This document shows positions 1 to 11,907 of a stretch of 34,438 nt of DNA, in pieces. The translations under genes and the position numbers were made by a program. Source of the DNA: Octopus sinensis. Lineage: Eukaryota. The stretch lies in contig NW_021833548.1 of assembly GCF_006345805.1 (NCBI RefSeq), forward strand, positions 1 to 34,438, in the 5' to 3' direction. Positions within the stretch are counted from its first letter, which is position 1. Each line of letters begins with the position of its first letter. The notes beneath the pieces were generated by a model that was given only the letters and a program-made list of their open reading frames with translations, made no database searches and had not been told where the DNA came from.

Positions 1-224
1 GTGTGTGTATGTTTGTGTGGTCTGTGTTTGTCGCCCCTAGCATTGCTTGACAACCGATGCTGGTGTGTTTACATCCCCGTCACTTAGCGGTTCTGCAAAA
101 GAGACCGAGAGAATAAGTACTAGGCTTACAAAGAATAAGTCCTGGGGTCGATTTGCTCGACTAAAGGCGGTGCTCCAGCATGGCCGCAGTCCAAATGACT
201 AAAACAAGTAAAAGAGTAAAATAG
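1..224 (+). mobile_element. SINE family A, 3' half
   Basis: Matches the 3' half of the full copies in this window, ending GCATGGCCGCAGTC..AATGACT..AACAAGTAAAAGAG. Confidence 0.85.
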
Positions 225-314
225 TATATATAAATATGTTATGTATATATACATATGCATATATATATGTATATATATATGTATATATATGCATATTATA
301 TATGTCTATATATA

Positions 315-347
<33 letters not shown>

Positions 348-537
348 ATATATATACACACACATACGTTACAATATATGTATACATTTACTCATAGCAT
401 TTTATATATGTAGATAGCCATGAAAATATATTAGATGAACAATTATATACGCGTAGTGCATGTGTGCATATATGCATGCATTACAAATGCATACATACGT
501 ATATATATATATATATATATATATAGAAAAGAAATAG

Positions 538-915
538 TAGTAGCTTGCTTACCAACCACATGGTTCCAAGTTCAGTCCCACTACGTGGCACCTTAAGCAA
601 GTGTCTTCTACTATACCTTCGGGCCGACCAAAGTCTTATGAGTGGATTCGGTAGACGGAAACTGAAAGAAGCCCGTCGTATATATAGTGAGATATATATA
701 TATGTGTGTGTGTGTGTATATATGTTTGTGTGTCTGTGTTTGTCCCACCGTCATCGCTTGACAAGCGATGTTAGTGTTTTACGTCACCGTAATCTAGCGG
801 TTCAGCAAAAGTAACCGATAACATAGGCTTTACAAAGAATAAGTCCAGGGGTGATTTGTTCGACTAAAGGCGGTGTTCTAGCATGACCGCAGTCAAATGA
901 CTCAAACAATAAATG
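538..915 (+). mobile_element. SINE family A, slightly 5'-truncated
   Basis: B-box-like GTTCAGTCCC, CORE-like CACCTT..GCAAGTGTCTT, internal (TA)n(TG)n tract and the shared 3' tail. Confidence 0.85.
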
Positions 916-979
916 AATATATATATTTATTACTTGATAACAATTTAAAAGCTCCAAGTGTATTAAAGTATTCTTTTTC

Positions 980-1380
980 GGATCTTTTCGGTTTGAAACG
1001 CAGTTTGTAACATAATTTCTAGGCAACTAAAATGATTTTAACCTCGTATACTGGTAGAATGTGTTTATAAAAAACATCATTTTCTCTTGGCTTTATTGAG
1101 AAAATTCTATAGTTTGTAACATATTTCGTCTTTAATTTCTTGCATTTCGGCAATTTTAACCAATCGATAACCTCCATTTAGGTAAACAGCATTCCGTGCT
1201 GTATGAATATGTCCCTCGTTTAAGAAACAGATTGGGTTTATTCACATTTGTGAAGAAAAAAATATACCCTTCCCCCACCCCTAACCCTAACCCTAACTAA
1301 CCCTAAATCTAAAATAGATTGAAATGCAATAGATCGATACTAGGGCCATAATCATAGGTGACAATTTCTTATGACACCGC
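980..1380 (+). mobile_element. MITE family 1 (GGATC TIR), right TIR lost
   Basis: Starts GGATCTTTTCGGTTTGAA; body matches 5310-5804 and 30855-31266 and includes CCCTAA repeats; joined at 1381 to a SINE A tail fragment. Confidence 0.8.
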
Positions 1381-1631
1381 AGTGCTCCAGCATGGCCGCA
1401 GTCAAAATCACTGAAACTAGTAAAAGAATGAAAGAATAATAGAATATATACACTTGGAGAAGTTGTTTATAAGATGTTTAATCACATCACAGAGAACACC
1501 CTAACATAAGGGACACCCTTATCACTAGCCCAGGTGTCTTAACGCACACACACACACACACATACACACACACACTACAGAGAGAGAGAGAGGAGGAACA
1601 TAGGAAAGATGGTGTTAAATTCCTCAGTCTC

Positions 1632-1808
1632 TCTTTTACTCTCTTTTACTTGTTTCAGTCATTTGACTGTGGCCATGCTGGAGCACCGCCTTTGTAAGCC
1701 CAGTACTTATTCTATCGGTCTCTTTTGCCGAACCGCTAAGTGACGGGGACGTAAGCACACCAGCATCGGTTGTCAAGCAATGCTAGGGGAACAAACACAC
1801 ACACACAA

Positions 1809-1839
<31 letters not shown>

Positions 1840-2006
1840 CATATATACGACAGGCTTCTTTCAGTTTCCGTCTACCAAATCCACTCACAAGGCATTGGTC
1901 GGCCCGGGGCTATAGCAGAAGACACTTGCCCAAGATGCCACTCAGTGGGACTGAACCCGGAACCATGTGGTTGGTTAGCAAGCTACTTACCACACAGCCA
2001 CTCCTG
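1632..2006 (-). mobile_element. SINE family A, internal deletion
   Basis: Reverse complement of family A from the tail (CTCTTTTACTTGTTTCAGTC) to the head (CACACAGCCACTCCTG). Confidence 0.85.
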
Positions 2007-2282
2007 TACAATCTTAATCTATCAAACACACGATCGATTAATATGCATAATTATTACATCGCAGAATTATGTAATTCACCTATCCATCCGAAACGTACGT
2101 AAGCTGATTAAAAATGTATAATTCTTCATTCTTTTGTGTTTTTTCTCTATACTTTGCATAAGCAAAGCTATGTTTGTGAATTTCTTCTCTTCCTTCAGAT
2201 CATTTCAACATGTGGAGCCATTAATCTCGACACATTTTCTCTCTCTTCTCTTTCTCTCTCCCTATTTCTTTTCTTTTCATCC

Positions 2283-2319
2283 CTTTCTGTCGAAGAGCGT
2301 AGGCCCGAAACGTCAAAGA
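2283..2319 (+). ncRNA. Minimal hammerhead-like motif (A6U core variant)
   Basis: cttt-CTGTCGA-a-GAGC gtag GCCC-GAAA-CG-TC-aaag. Stem I cttt/aaag, palindromic stem III ACGT, one mismatch in stem II. Sister copy at 18395-18432. Confidence 0.5.
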
Positions 2320-3009
2320 CTTTTTCAATTTCCCCGAACGTCAAACTAATACACCTGCTCATCATTCCCTCAGTTGTCTCTGCCTTTTGTTTTCTGTACA
2401 TATGAATCATGTGTGTGTGCGCATGTCTGAGTTTGTTTGTCCCCCTACCTCTTGGCAATCGTTGTCGGTTGGTTTACGTCCTAGTAACGTAGCACTTCAT
2501 AAAAAAAAACGGCCGATAGAATAAGTACTAGACTTGAACAACAAATAAATATTGCTTTGACGCTATTCATTCGACTAAACCTTTTAAGGCGGTGCTCCAG
2601 CATGATCACAATCCAATGACTACAATAAATAAACGATAAAACTTAAAAGGTAATGGTAGCGTGCCAAAAACCGGGATTTTTCCGGTCTTAAGCCAAGAAT
2701 ATTTTTTCTTAGGTCATTAAACTACCGAGCGGTATTCCATCGCAGAAGGCTTGTTTCATCACGTGTTTGAAATACAAGATGGAAGTGATATTTGATACTT
2801 TTATGAACTTGGAGAATTCGTCAACTTCTTCGGTATCCATACTTGCACATTTGCCAGCTAGATGGACGGATACTGCGTAATTTACTTACTTAAAGACACA
2901 TGTACATCTTTCGATAGCTTAATAGCATGGGTGTGAGATGTTTTGGTATAGCCGCTTTGGCGATGCTTATTTGGAGTCGTTGATTCGACGATGACTTATT
3001 TGACATCAT

Positions 3010-3283
3010 TTGCAAGTAGCTGAGCACTCCACAGACGCGTGTACCCTTAACGTGGTTCTCGGGGAGATTCAGCGTGACACAGGTACAACAGGAAGAAAGA
3101 GTGAGAGAAAGTCGTGGTGAAAGAGTACAGCAGAGCTCAACCCCCCCTCCCACCGCTAAAGCTCCACGTGGAGCTTTAGGCGTTTTCGCTCAATAAACAC
3201 TCAAAATGCCCGGTCTGGGAATCGAAACCGCGATCCTACGACCGCGAGTTCGCTGCCCCAACCACTAGGCCTTTGCGCCTCTA
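3010..3283 (-). mobile_element. tRNA-headed SINE, family C-related, rearranged
   Basis: Minus-strand head GAGGCGCAAAGGCCTAGTGGTT..GGTTTCGATTCCC; 3' part matches 20660-20750. Confidence 0.65.
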
Positions 3284-3309
3284 AGTGACACATACTATAT
3301 ATATATATA

Positions 3310-3465
3310 TCTTTATTACCCACAAGGGGCTAAACAAGGACAGACAAAGGTATTAAGTCGATTACATCGACCCCAGTGCGTAACTGGACCCCGAAAGGAT
3401 GAAAGGCAAAGTCGACCTCGGCAGAATTTGAACTCAGGACGTAACGACAGACGAAATACCGCCCG
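3310..3465 (-). mobile_element. SINE family B fragment
   Basis: Matches units at 25116-25716 (GAAAGGATGAAAGGCAAAGTCGACCTCGG). Confidence 0.8.
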
Positions 3466-3743
3466 CCGCCTTTAGTGACACACACTATAGTTATATTACT
3501 GTATATGAGCCTGTACACGGCGTTGGGGCGACGAACTCAAGGACCGAATCCAGCGACTCTTAACTGTATATATACACCATTATCAAAGACAGTTTTTTTC
3601 CTTTTTTTGCTTTTAATTTTTATGAAACTCTAAACGTATTTTGATGCTTCAGTTTCCGGTTTGTTTAAACAGATTTAACTTTCATTTTGCCTAAACAAAA
3701 AATGTAGCGTTATTAAGAATAAATAAATGAAAATGAATTTAAG

Positions 3744-4149
3744 GGCGATCTTTCGTCTCTAGTAGACCTTTCCGTCGATTTCCGTAAAAAAAATATTTTT
3801 TTATTACATATGGGCTTGCGGGAACTTTTGAAGTAATATACATACATATACACATACACCGAGTAAAACATTTCAGTTATCTCTTTCTTTCACACATACT
3901 AACAGAAGCACTTACACAACATACTGTCTGTCTCCCACACCCCATCAAACACACACACACACACACATGTACATCAATGCTTCACATGCACGGTAACTTC
4001 TAAAGAACTTCCCTCGTCATACAATCGCTTTCTCTTAGTCTCTTTCGCTCTCATTACTTCAAAAGTTCCCGCAAGCCCATATGTAAAAAAAAAAAAAAAT
4101 TTTTTTTACGTAAATCGACGGAAAGGTCTACTAGAGACGAAAGATTGCC
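3744..4149. mobile_element. MITE family 2, ~95-bp TIRs, perfect 9-bp TSD (Mutator- or Merlin-like)
   Basis: TIRs at 3744-3837 and 4053-4149 begin GGC(G/A)ATCTTTCGTC; TSD GAATTTAAG at 3735-3743 and 4150-4158; no ORF. Confidence 0.9.
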
Positions 4150-4490
4150 GAATTTAAGATGTCGGAGAAAAAAGCAGAAATGACACAGAGTAACTAGATT
4201 TGAGAGAAGAGAGGAAACTTCGTTGTTTAACGTTCATCTTCGCCATTTCCCAAAAAGAAAACGGAAAAAATTAAACAACGAAGAACGTAAAATTGGTGGA
4301 ATATACGAAACGCAAGAACGCAATTTCGTTCTTCAATTAATCCCTTTTCCAAAAATAACAAACATATCAAAATTGTAAAGAGAATGGTTATTAGATCATT
4401 TATTTTATTTTATTTTTCCTTTTTTTTTTCGAATTTCTTTTCTCGTGCATAATTCAAAATAAACCATTGCTGTTTTTTTTTTTTTTGCTT

Positions 4491-4724
4491 GTGGCTGTGT
4501 GGTAAGTAGCTTGCTTACGAACTACATGGTTCCGGGTTCAGTCCCACTGCGTGGCACCTTGGCAAGTGACTTCTACTATAGCCTCGGGCCGACCAAAGCC
4601 TTGTGAGTGATTTGGGTAGACGGAAACTGAAAGAAGCCCGTCGTATATATATATGTATATATGTATATATATATATATATATAATATATATATATATTAT
4701 ATATATATATATACATATATATAA

Positions 4725-4767
<43 letters not shown>

Positions 4768-4986
4768 ATGTATGTATGTATGGTATGTATGTGTGTGTGT
4801 GTTTGTGTGTCTGTGCTTGTCTCTCCAACATCGCTTGACAACCGATGCTGGTGTGTTTACGTCACCGTAACTTAGCGATAGAATAAGTACTAGGCTTACC
4901 AAGAATAAGTCCTAGGGTCGATTTGCTCGACTAAAGGCGGTGCTCCAGCATGGCCACAGTCAAATGACTGAAACAAGTAAAATAAG
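4491..4986 (+). mobile_element. SINE family A flanked by a ~190-bp direct duplication
   Basis: Near full-length SINE; flank 4292-~4480 recurs at 4987-~5180. Confidence 0.85.
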
Positions 4987-5309
4987 ATTGGTAGAATATA
5001 CGAAACGCGAGAACGCAATTTCATTCTTTAATTAATCCCTTTTCCAAAAATAACAAACATAGCAAAATTGTAAAGAGAATGGTTATTAGATAATTTATTT
5101 TATTTTATTTTATTTTTCCTTTTTTTTTTTCGAATCTCTTTTCTCGTGCATAATTCAAAATAAACCATTGCCGTTTTTTTTGGTCTTAATTTACCTTCGT
5201 AATATCTCTTCATCCAACGCTCTTGGGGAATGGTCGTGCATTTTCATGGTGAATGTGGATGGTCTTACAGATTCTAGATCAGTCTCTTCCGCCTTCCAAA
5301 TGGCTTTTT

Positions 5310-5804
5310 GGATCTTTTCGGTTTGAATGGCAGTTTGTAACATAATTTCTAGGTAACTAAACACTTTTAAACTTCGTATACTGGTAGAATGTGTTTATAA
5401 AACATCATTTTTTCTTGGCTTTATTGAGAAAATTCTATAGGTTGTAACATATTTCCACTTTAATTTCTTGCATTTCGGCAATTTTAACCAATCGCTGACC
5501 TCCATTTGGGGTGAAAACATTCCGTGCTGTATGACTATGTCCCTCGTTTAAGAAACAGATTGAGTTTATTTACATTTGCGAAGAAAAAAAGATACCCTTC
5601 CCCCACCCCTAATCCTAACCCTAACCCTAACCCTAATCCTAACCCTAACCCTAACCCTAACCCTAAATCTAAAATACATTGAAATGCAATAGATCGATAC
5701 TAGGGTTATAATTATGGGTGACGTTTTCATTTGACACCGCTAGAAAAAAATCCCATTTTCCGTAGCGGTGTCGTTGACATGTGCCGTTCAAAAGGAAAAG
5801 ATCC
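5310..5804 (+). mobile_element. MITE family 1 with 10 telomere-like hexamers, flanked by 118-bp direct repeats
   Basis: Termini GGATCTTTTCGG and GGAAAAGATCC; (C/T)CCTAA x10 at 5607-5666; repeats at 5192-5309 and 5805-5922. Confidence 0.85.
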
Positions 5805-6115
5805 TACCTTCGTAATATCTCTTCATCCAACGCTCTTGGGGAATGGTCGTGCATTTCCATGGTGAATGTGGATGGTCTTACAGATTCTAGATCAGTCTCT
5901 TCCGCATTCCAAATGGCTTTTTAAAAAATTTTCTTTTATCTTTTACTTGTTTCAATCATTAGACTGCGGTCATGCTGGGGTACCGCCTTGATGAAATTTT
6001 AGCCGAATGAATCGGCCCCGATACTTGCTTTCGTTTTAAGCCCGGTACTTTGTCTATCCATATCTTTGCTCAAATCTGTAATACCATTTTCAGATTTATA
6101 AATTCTCGAAATATC

Positions 6116-6167
6116 ATGTTGATGACGGAAATGAATTTGTATAATTCTAATCCAGAAACGCGTCCAT
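6116..6167 (+). ncRNA. Degenerate hammerhead motif
   Basis: atg-TTGATGA-c-GGA..GAATT tgtat AATTC..TCC-a-GAAA-CGCG-TC-cat. Palindromic stem III ACGCGT; C3U change. Confidence 0.45.
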
Positions 6168-6467
6168 AAATAATCGTAGATTGTTTGATTTCGTTATTTT
6201 TCTTCTTTTCGCCTATGTGAGTTGCAAATATTGTTATCTGTGGAGACATATCTGTAGTAAAAAGGAATGAGCTGTCGTTAGCTGCTATTTCTAAATTTTC
6301 GGCGTGTGGTGAAGCAACTTGTTGCTTAACACATATTATATTTAATTATATATATAAAAAAAAACATTTTATAAAAAGTTTCTACCGATAATGGTTTTCT
6401 TTCCATACGGAAACTACTCGGTAAAATTTATTAATTATCAAATTAATAATTATTTACCCTATATCTG

Positions 6468-6504
<37 letters not shown>

Positions 6505-6707
6505 ATATATATATATATATATATAATATATATATATATATTAAGATATAAACTCAAACCTTAATTCTTATCTTTTATCTTAAGCGGTTCTGTATATTTC
6601 GTAAGAAAGAACAATATATATATAGATTCAGATAAATATGGTACTTAAGTTGAGGCACCAGAATTTAGTACGGTATTATCCATACAATTTCAAAATAAGG
6701 TGATTAA

Positions 6708-7063
6708 AATCAAAATAAGCAACAAGGATATCCAGAGGTAATGCAGTACGATCGTTTCAAGCAACTCCATTTAATTGAACAATGCAATCATTACATCAAT
6801 TTAAATGCAGAGCAATCCTCAGCTGCATAAAGCCATAAAAATGTAATTATATTAAAACAGATGGTCACATTAGTATAATTATACCTAAAATCTCGAAGAA
6901 GGTCAGGAGATAGACAAAGAACATGCTGCCTTCACTTCAGCTTAGAAGCCAAGGATTGCTCTACATTTAAATTGATGTAATGATTGCATTGTTCAATTAA
7001 ATGGCGTTGCTTGAAACGATCGTACTGCATTGCCTCTGAATATCCTTGTTGCTTATTTTGATT
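6708..7063. repeat. Inverted repeat, 112-bp arms and 132-bp spacer (Penelope-like pLTR relic)
   Basis: Arms 6708-6819 and 6952-7063 with 4 mismatches counted; the left arm overlaps a hammerhead motif. Confidence 0.85.
6741..6828 (-). ncRNA. Type I hammerhead-like ribozyme with long stem II
   Basis: Minus strand: atgcag-CTGAGGA-long imperfect stem II-GAAA-CGATCG-TA-ctgcat. Stem I is 6 bp; predicted cleavage after GUA (6747/6746); stem II base is U.U rather than G-C. Confidence 0.6.
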
Positions 7064-7105
7064 ATATATATGTATATATATATATGTGTGTATATATATG
7101 TATAT

Positions 7106-7643
<538 letters not shown>

Positions 7644-8469
7644 TATGACGGGCTTCTTTCAGTTTCTGCCTACCAAATCCATTCACAAAGCTTTAGTCAG
7701 CCCCAAGGTTATCGAAGACACTCGCCCAAAGTGTCACGCAGTGGAACTGAACCCGGAACCATGTGGTTGGGAAGGAAGCAAATTTCTTTCTGCACAGTCA
7801 CGCCAGCGAATAAATTTACATCATCGGGATGGATGATAAGTTATCAACGGTTCCATTAACGGCTCAAAGTTCGTCAACGAAAGGCAGAGAGTAAGGGCCG
7901 CCGAGGGCGAGATGAAAGGGGTTTTAGAGAAAGAAAAAGAGAGAGAAAATGACAAAGAGAGAAGGAGGAAGAATGGGAGAAAAAGACAAATTGAGGGGGG
8001 AATTTATAAGAGATAAGAGGTGAGAGAGTGCGGTGGTTATGAAAGAGAAGAATGATAGAGAAGAATGAAAGAGAAGAATGAAAAATAAGAGGAAAAGAGG
8101 AAAAGGTTGAAGGGAGGCAAAAATTACGATAGACCAGAGAGAGAGAGAGAGAGAGAGACAGACATACTGATACAGAGAAAGAAAGAGAGAATGAAACAGA
8201 GAAACTGATACAATTAGCCAAACGCACGCGCGCGCGAATATGTGTGTGTGTTTGTGTGTGTGTATGTGTGGTGTGTGTGTAGAGAGAGAGAGAGAAAGAG
8301 AGAGTGAATGAGGCAGACATATAGATACAAGTCAAAAGCGCAAATGTATTTGGATCTGTGTTTGTGTGTGTGAGTGTGTGTGTTATAAGCGTGCGCAAGG
8401 AAAAAGACGGACAAAACTTTTTAGCTAGACAGAGATGGTAGATACTCAGTAAAAAAGAAAGGTAGACAG

Positions 8470-8914
8470 GCAGAGGACGGACGGACGAACGGACAAACGG
8501 ACGGACAGATAGATAGATAGATGGATAGATAGGTAGATAGATCGATAGATAGATAGATAGATCGATAGATAGATAGATAGATAGATATAGATAGATAGAT
8601 AGATAGATAGACAGATAGACAAATAGATAGATGGATAGATAAGTTTCTTTATTGGCCACACAGGGCTGCACACAGATGGGACAAGTTACAAGGTAGAGCT
8701 TTTCTTTTGGGGGATGAAAAAAAAACAAAAAACAAAAGAAACAAAAAAAAGGGGTGGCGTAGGTTTTCGATCAAAAGGATCGTAAAAGGGAAGAAAAGAA
8801 CAAAAAAAAATAAAATATAAAATAAAAGATAGATGGATGGACGGACGGACGGACGGACAGACAGACAGACAGACAGATATGTAGGTAGGTTGATAGGTAG
8901 GTAGACAGACAGAC

Positions 8915-8984
<70 letters not shown>

Positions 8985-9085
8985 GTAAATAGATAGGTAG
9001 AACGATAGATGGATAGACAGACAGACAGATAGGTAGATAGATAGATAGATAGATGGATGGATAGATAGAAACGTAGATAGACAGG
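8470..9085. repeat. (GATA)n/(GACA)n/(GGAC)n tract interrupted by a unique insert at 8641-8828
   Basis: Direct reading of the sequence. Confidence 0.9.
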
Positions 9086-9380
9086 TAGAAGGAAAGAGCC
9101 AACGAGAGATGTGAATATGATGAACAGACGGATAGACATTCAGACGTGGTCTATATTATTAAGTGAGGTAGATGTGCGTGTGTGCGTTCTCAAAACACCT
9201 TCAATCTGGGTTAAGAATTGGAGATTTGCGGTTAGTTTCCTTATGTTCAACACATCAAACAGAACACGTTGGCAAGTAATCAAAATATATATATATAGCT
9301 GTGTGTGTGTGTGTATGTGTGCGTATACATGTATATAAATATGTATATATATATATATATATATATGCATGTATGTATGT

Positions 9381-9424
<44 letters not shown>

Positions 9425-9426
<2 letters not shown>

Positions 9427-9651
9427 CTTTTACTCTTTTACTTGTTCAATCATTTAACTGCGGCCATGCTGGAGCACCGCCTTTAATCGAGCAAGTCGAC
9501 CCCGGGACTTATTCTTTTGTAAGCCCAGTACTTATTCTATCGGTTTCTTTTGCCGAACCCGCTAAGTGACGGGACATAAACACACCAGCATCGGTTGTCA
9601 AGCAATGCTAGGGGACAAACACAGACACACAAACACACACACACATACATA

Positions 9652-9705
<54 letters not shown>

Positions 9706-9760
9706 TACGACGGCTTCTTTCAGTTTCCGTCTACCAATCCACTCACAAGGCTTTGGTCAG

Positions 9761-9795
<35 letters not shown>

Positions 9796-9810
9796 TATAT
9801 ATATATATAT

Positions 9811-9853
<43 letters not shown>

Positions 9854-10097
9854 CACGCTTACGAATCATAGATAAGCACATAAACCACCCCCCCCCACCA
9901 CACACATATATATATACATACTCATATATATACATACATACTGTGTGTTTCAGTCATTTGATTGCGGTCATGCTGGAGCACCACCTTTAGTCGAACACAT
10001 CGACCCCAGGACTTATCGGCCGAATCGCTAGGTTACGGGGACATAAACACACCAGCATCGGTTGTCAAGCAATGTTAGGGGGACAAACACAAACACG

Positions 10098-10143
<46 letters not shown>

Positions 10144-10308
10144 CACGATGGGCTTCTTTCAGTTTCCGTCTACCAAATCCACTCACAAGGCTTTGGTCGG
10201 CCCAAGGCTATAGTAGAAGACACTTGCCCAAGGTGCCACGCAGTGGGACTGAACCCGGAACCATGTGGCTGGTGAGCAAGCTACTTACCACACAGCCACT
10301 CCTATACC
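9425..10308 (-). mobile_element. Two adjacent SINE family A copies (9425-9764, 9946-10308)
   Basis: Reverse-complement matches to family A, each with an internal (TA)n tract. Confidence 0.85.
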
Positions 10309-10718
10309 TATGAGCATATGATTTTGATTTTGATTTTTCCAGTTTCAGCTTATGAGCTGTGGATATATATATATATATTTATACACTCGTATATGCATTC
10401 ATACATATATGTAAATATATATATATTAAAAAAATTTAGCGAAAACAACAGAAAATTCATAGCTATTTCATCACCAGTTGACATGCAAAAGATCAATACA
10501 ATTTCGCACCCTTAATGTTGATATTATTAACTTTTGGTGGCACCAGTGATGAAAAGCCACTGGGAATAGCTAATGAATGTACAGGACAATGTTGAAAGCA
10601 AACACGACAAAATAAAATACACATATACAAGAAAAAGTCTGTATGGGCGCAAGACAGATATATGTGGGGTAACACATAGGAAAATGAAAATGTCCTATAG
10701 GACTGAATGACCTGATAT

Positions 10719-10766
<48 letters not shown>

Positions 10767-10770
<4 letters not shown>

Positions 10771-11830
10771 ACGGACCACCTGGTGCCGTCGCTCGGTCGA
10801 TCAGCGAAAACTCGCCACGGAAACTCGGAGATGAGAGAGAGATAACGACAACAACAGCAGCAGCAGCACAGAGGCAACCGAGAGAGACACAAAGAGTCAA
10901 GGCACAACTGGCTTACATTTAACACTAGTTTATGACAATCAATTATTACAACGTCAAATACATTTAAAGATACATTTAAAAGAGGACATGCACGTGACAA
11001 CTCAATACATCCTACAGGTATACCACAGATCAAAGCATTTAAACATGCAAGTAACAATATAACCGTCCGGTAACAACACATCAAGGTCAATACATCAGCA
11101 TTTCAAAGGTACACGTCCGAAGACACAGTTCTATTTCAAAACACATCAACAAGTCATATACAGTTCGAAGGACATTAAAGGCCTAACAGTTCAATGTTCA
11201 TTATACAGTGTTCAAATCACAACACTGTACACAATGTCTTTCCACAATTCACATTGTTCTTTAAATTCCTTTTTACTGTCTCATTTCTTTTCACTGTTCA
11301 ATACATCGATTCCTTTTTCCTTCTTTTTCTTCACATATCATTACACAATTCACGTACCTTACATTAGCCAACGCCTCATATTGCACCTCATCGCTCTCAG
11401 TACTGCTAGCTCCAACTTGCCAAGCTCTTGCCCCGAATTCCCAAATCCTTGCTCCTAAAATTCCAACTGCTCGCCTTGACGACCGAAATCCGACTGTTCG
11501 CTTTGACGTCCGAATACCGACTGTCTCTATCACTACCCTCAATCTGTCTCTTAGCACTTATACTCTCTCTATCCCGCCTGGTCCTATGTCCCTATCTTTA
11601 TCGACGCTGTCACTGTCATCCTCTCTCCTAGTTCTCAGATTCCTTACTCTGTGTCTCTCACCACCTTCTTCTTCCTCTTCTTCAAGGGGTGTTTAGAACG
11701 AACTTCAATTCACCCGACAGGGGTCGCAGGTCCACCTAGAACCGATCAATCAACCCGCAACTGGCAGAACAATGGATATATTCCAAAGTAGGTCGCCGGC
11801 CAACTGTCCCTAGATTGAACCTTCATAGCA
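10767..11830 (-). mobile_element. Probable solo LTR
   Basis: 1064-bp unique block with termini TGTTA..TAGCA, inserted in (TA)n with ATATA on both sides; TATA-like TATAAG on the minus strand at 11557-11562; 27-bp internal duplication near 11470-11525; no long ORF. Confidence 0.55.
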
Positions 11831-11907
11831 ATATATATATATATTATATACACATATATATATATAAATAAATGAAAGAATGGAGTTGAACAACGAATTA
11901 ACAAAAT

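Noticed and set aside
2081-2104. Hammerhead 3' half (CC-GAAA-CGTACG-TA)
   Set aside because: No CUGANGA core or matching stem II and stem I strands found upstream.
2700-2880. Open minus-strand frame (..MDTEEVDEFSKFIKVSNITSILYF..)
   Set aside because: Short, no recognisable family and no convincing splice signals.
5607-5666. True telomere or chromosome fusion site
   Set aside because: Short tract at a fixed position within a multicopy MITE.
7874-9139. Long ORFs (284, 138 and 122 aa)
   Set aside because: Translations of (GA)n and (GATA)n microsatellites with no stop codons; low complexity.
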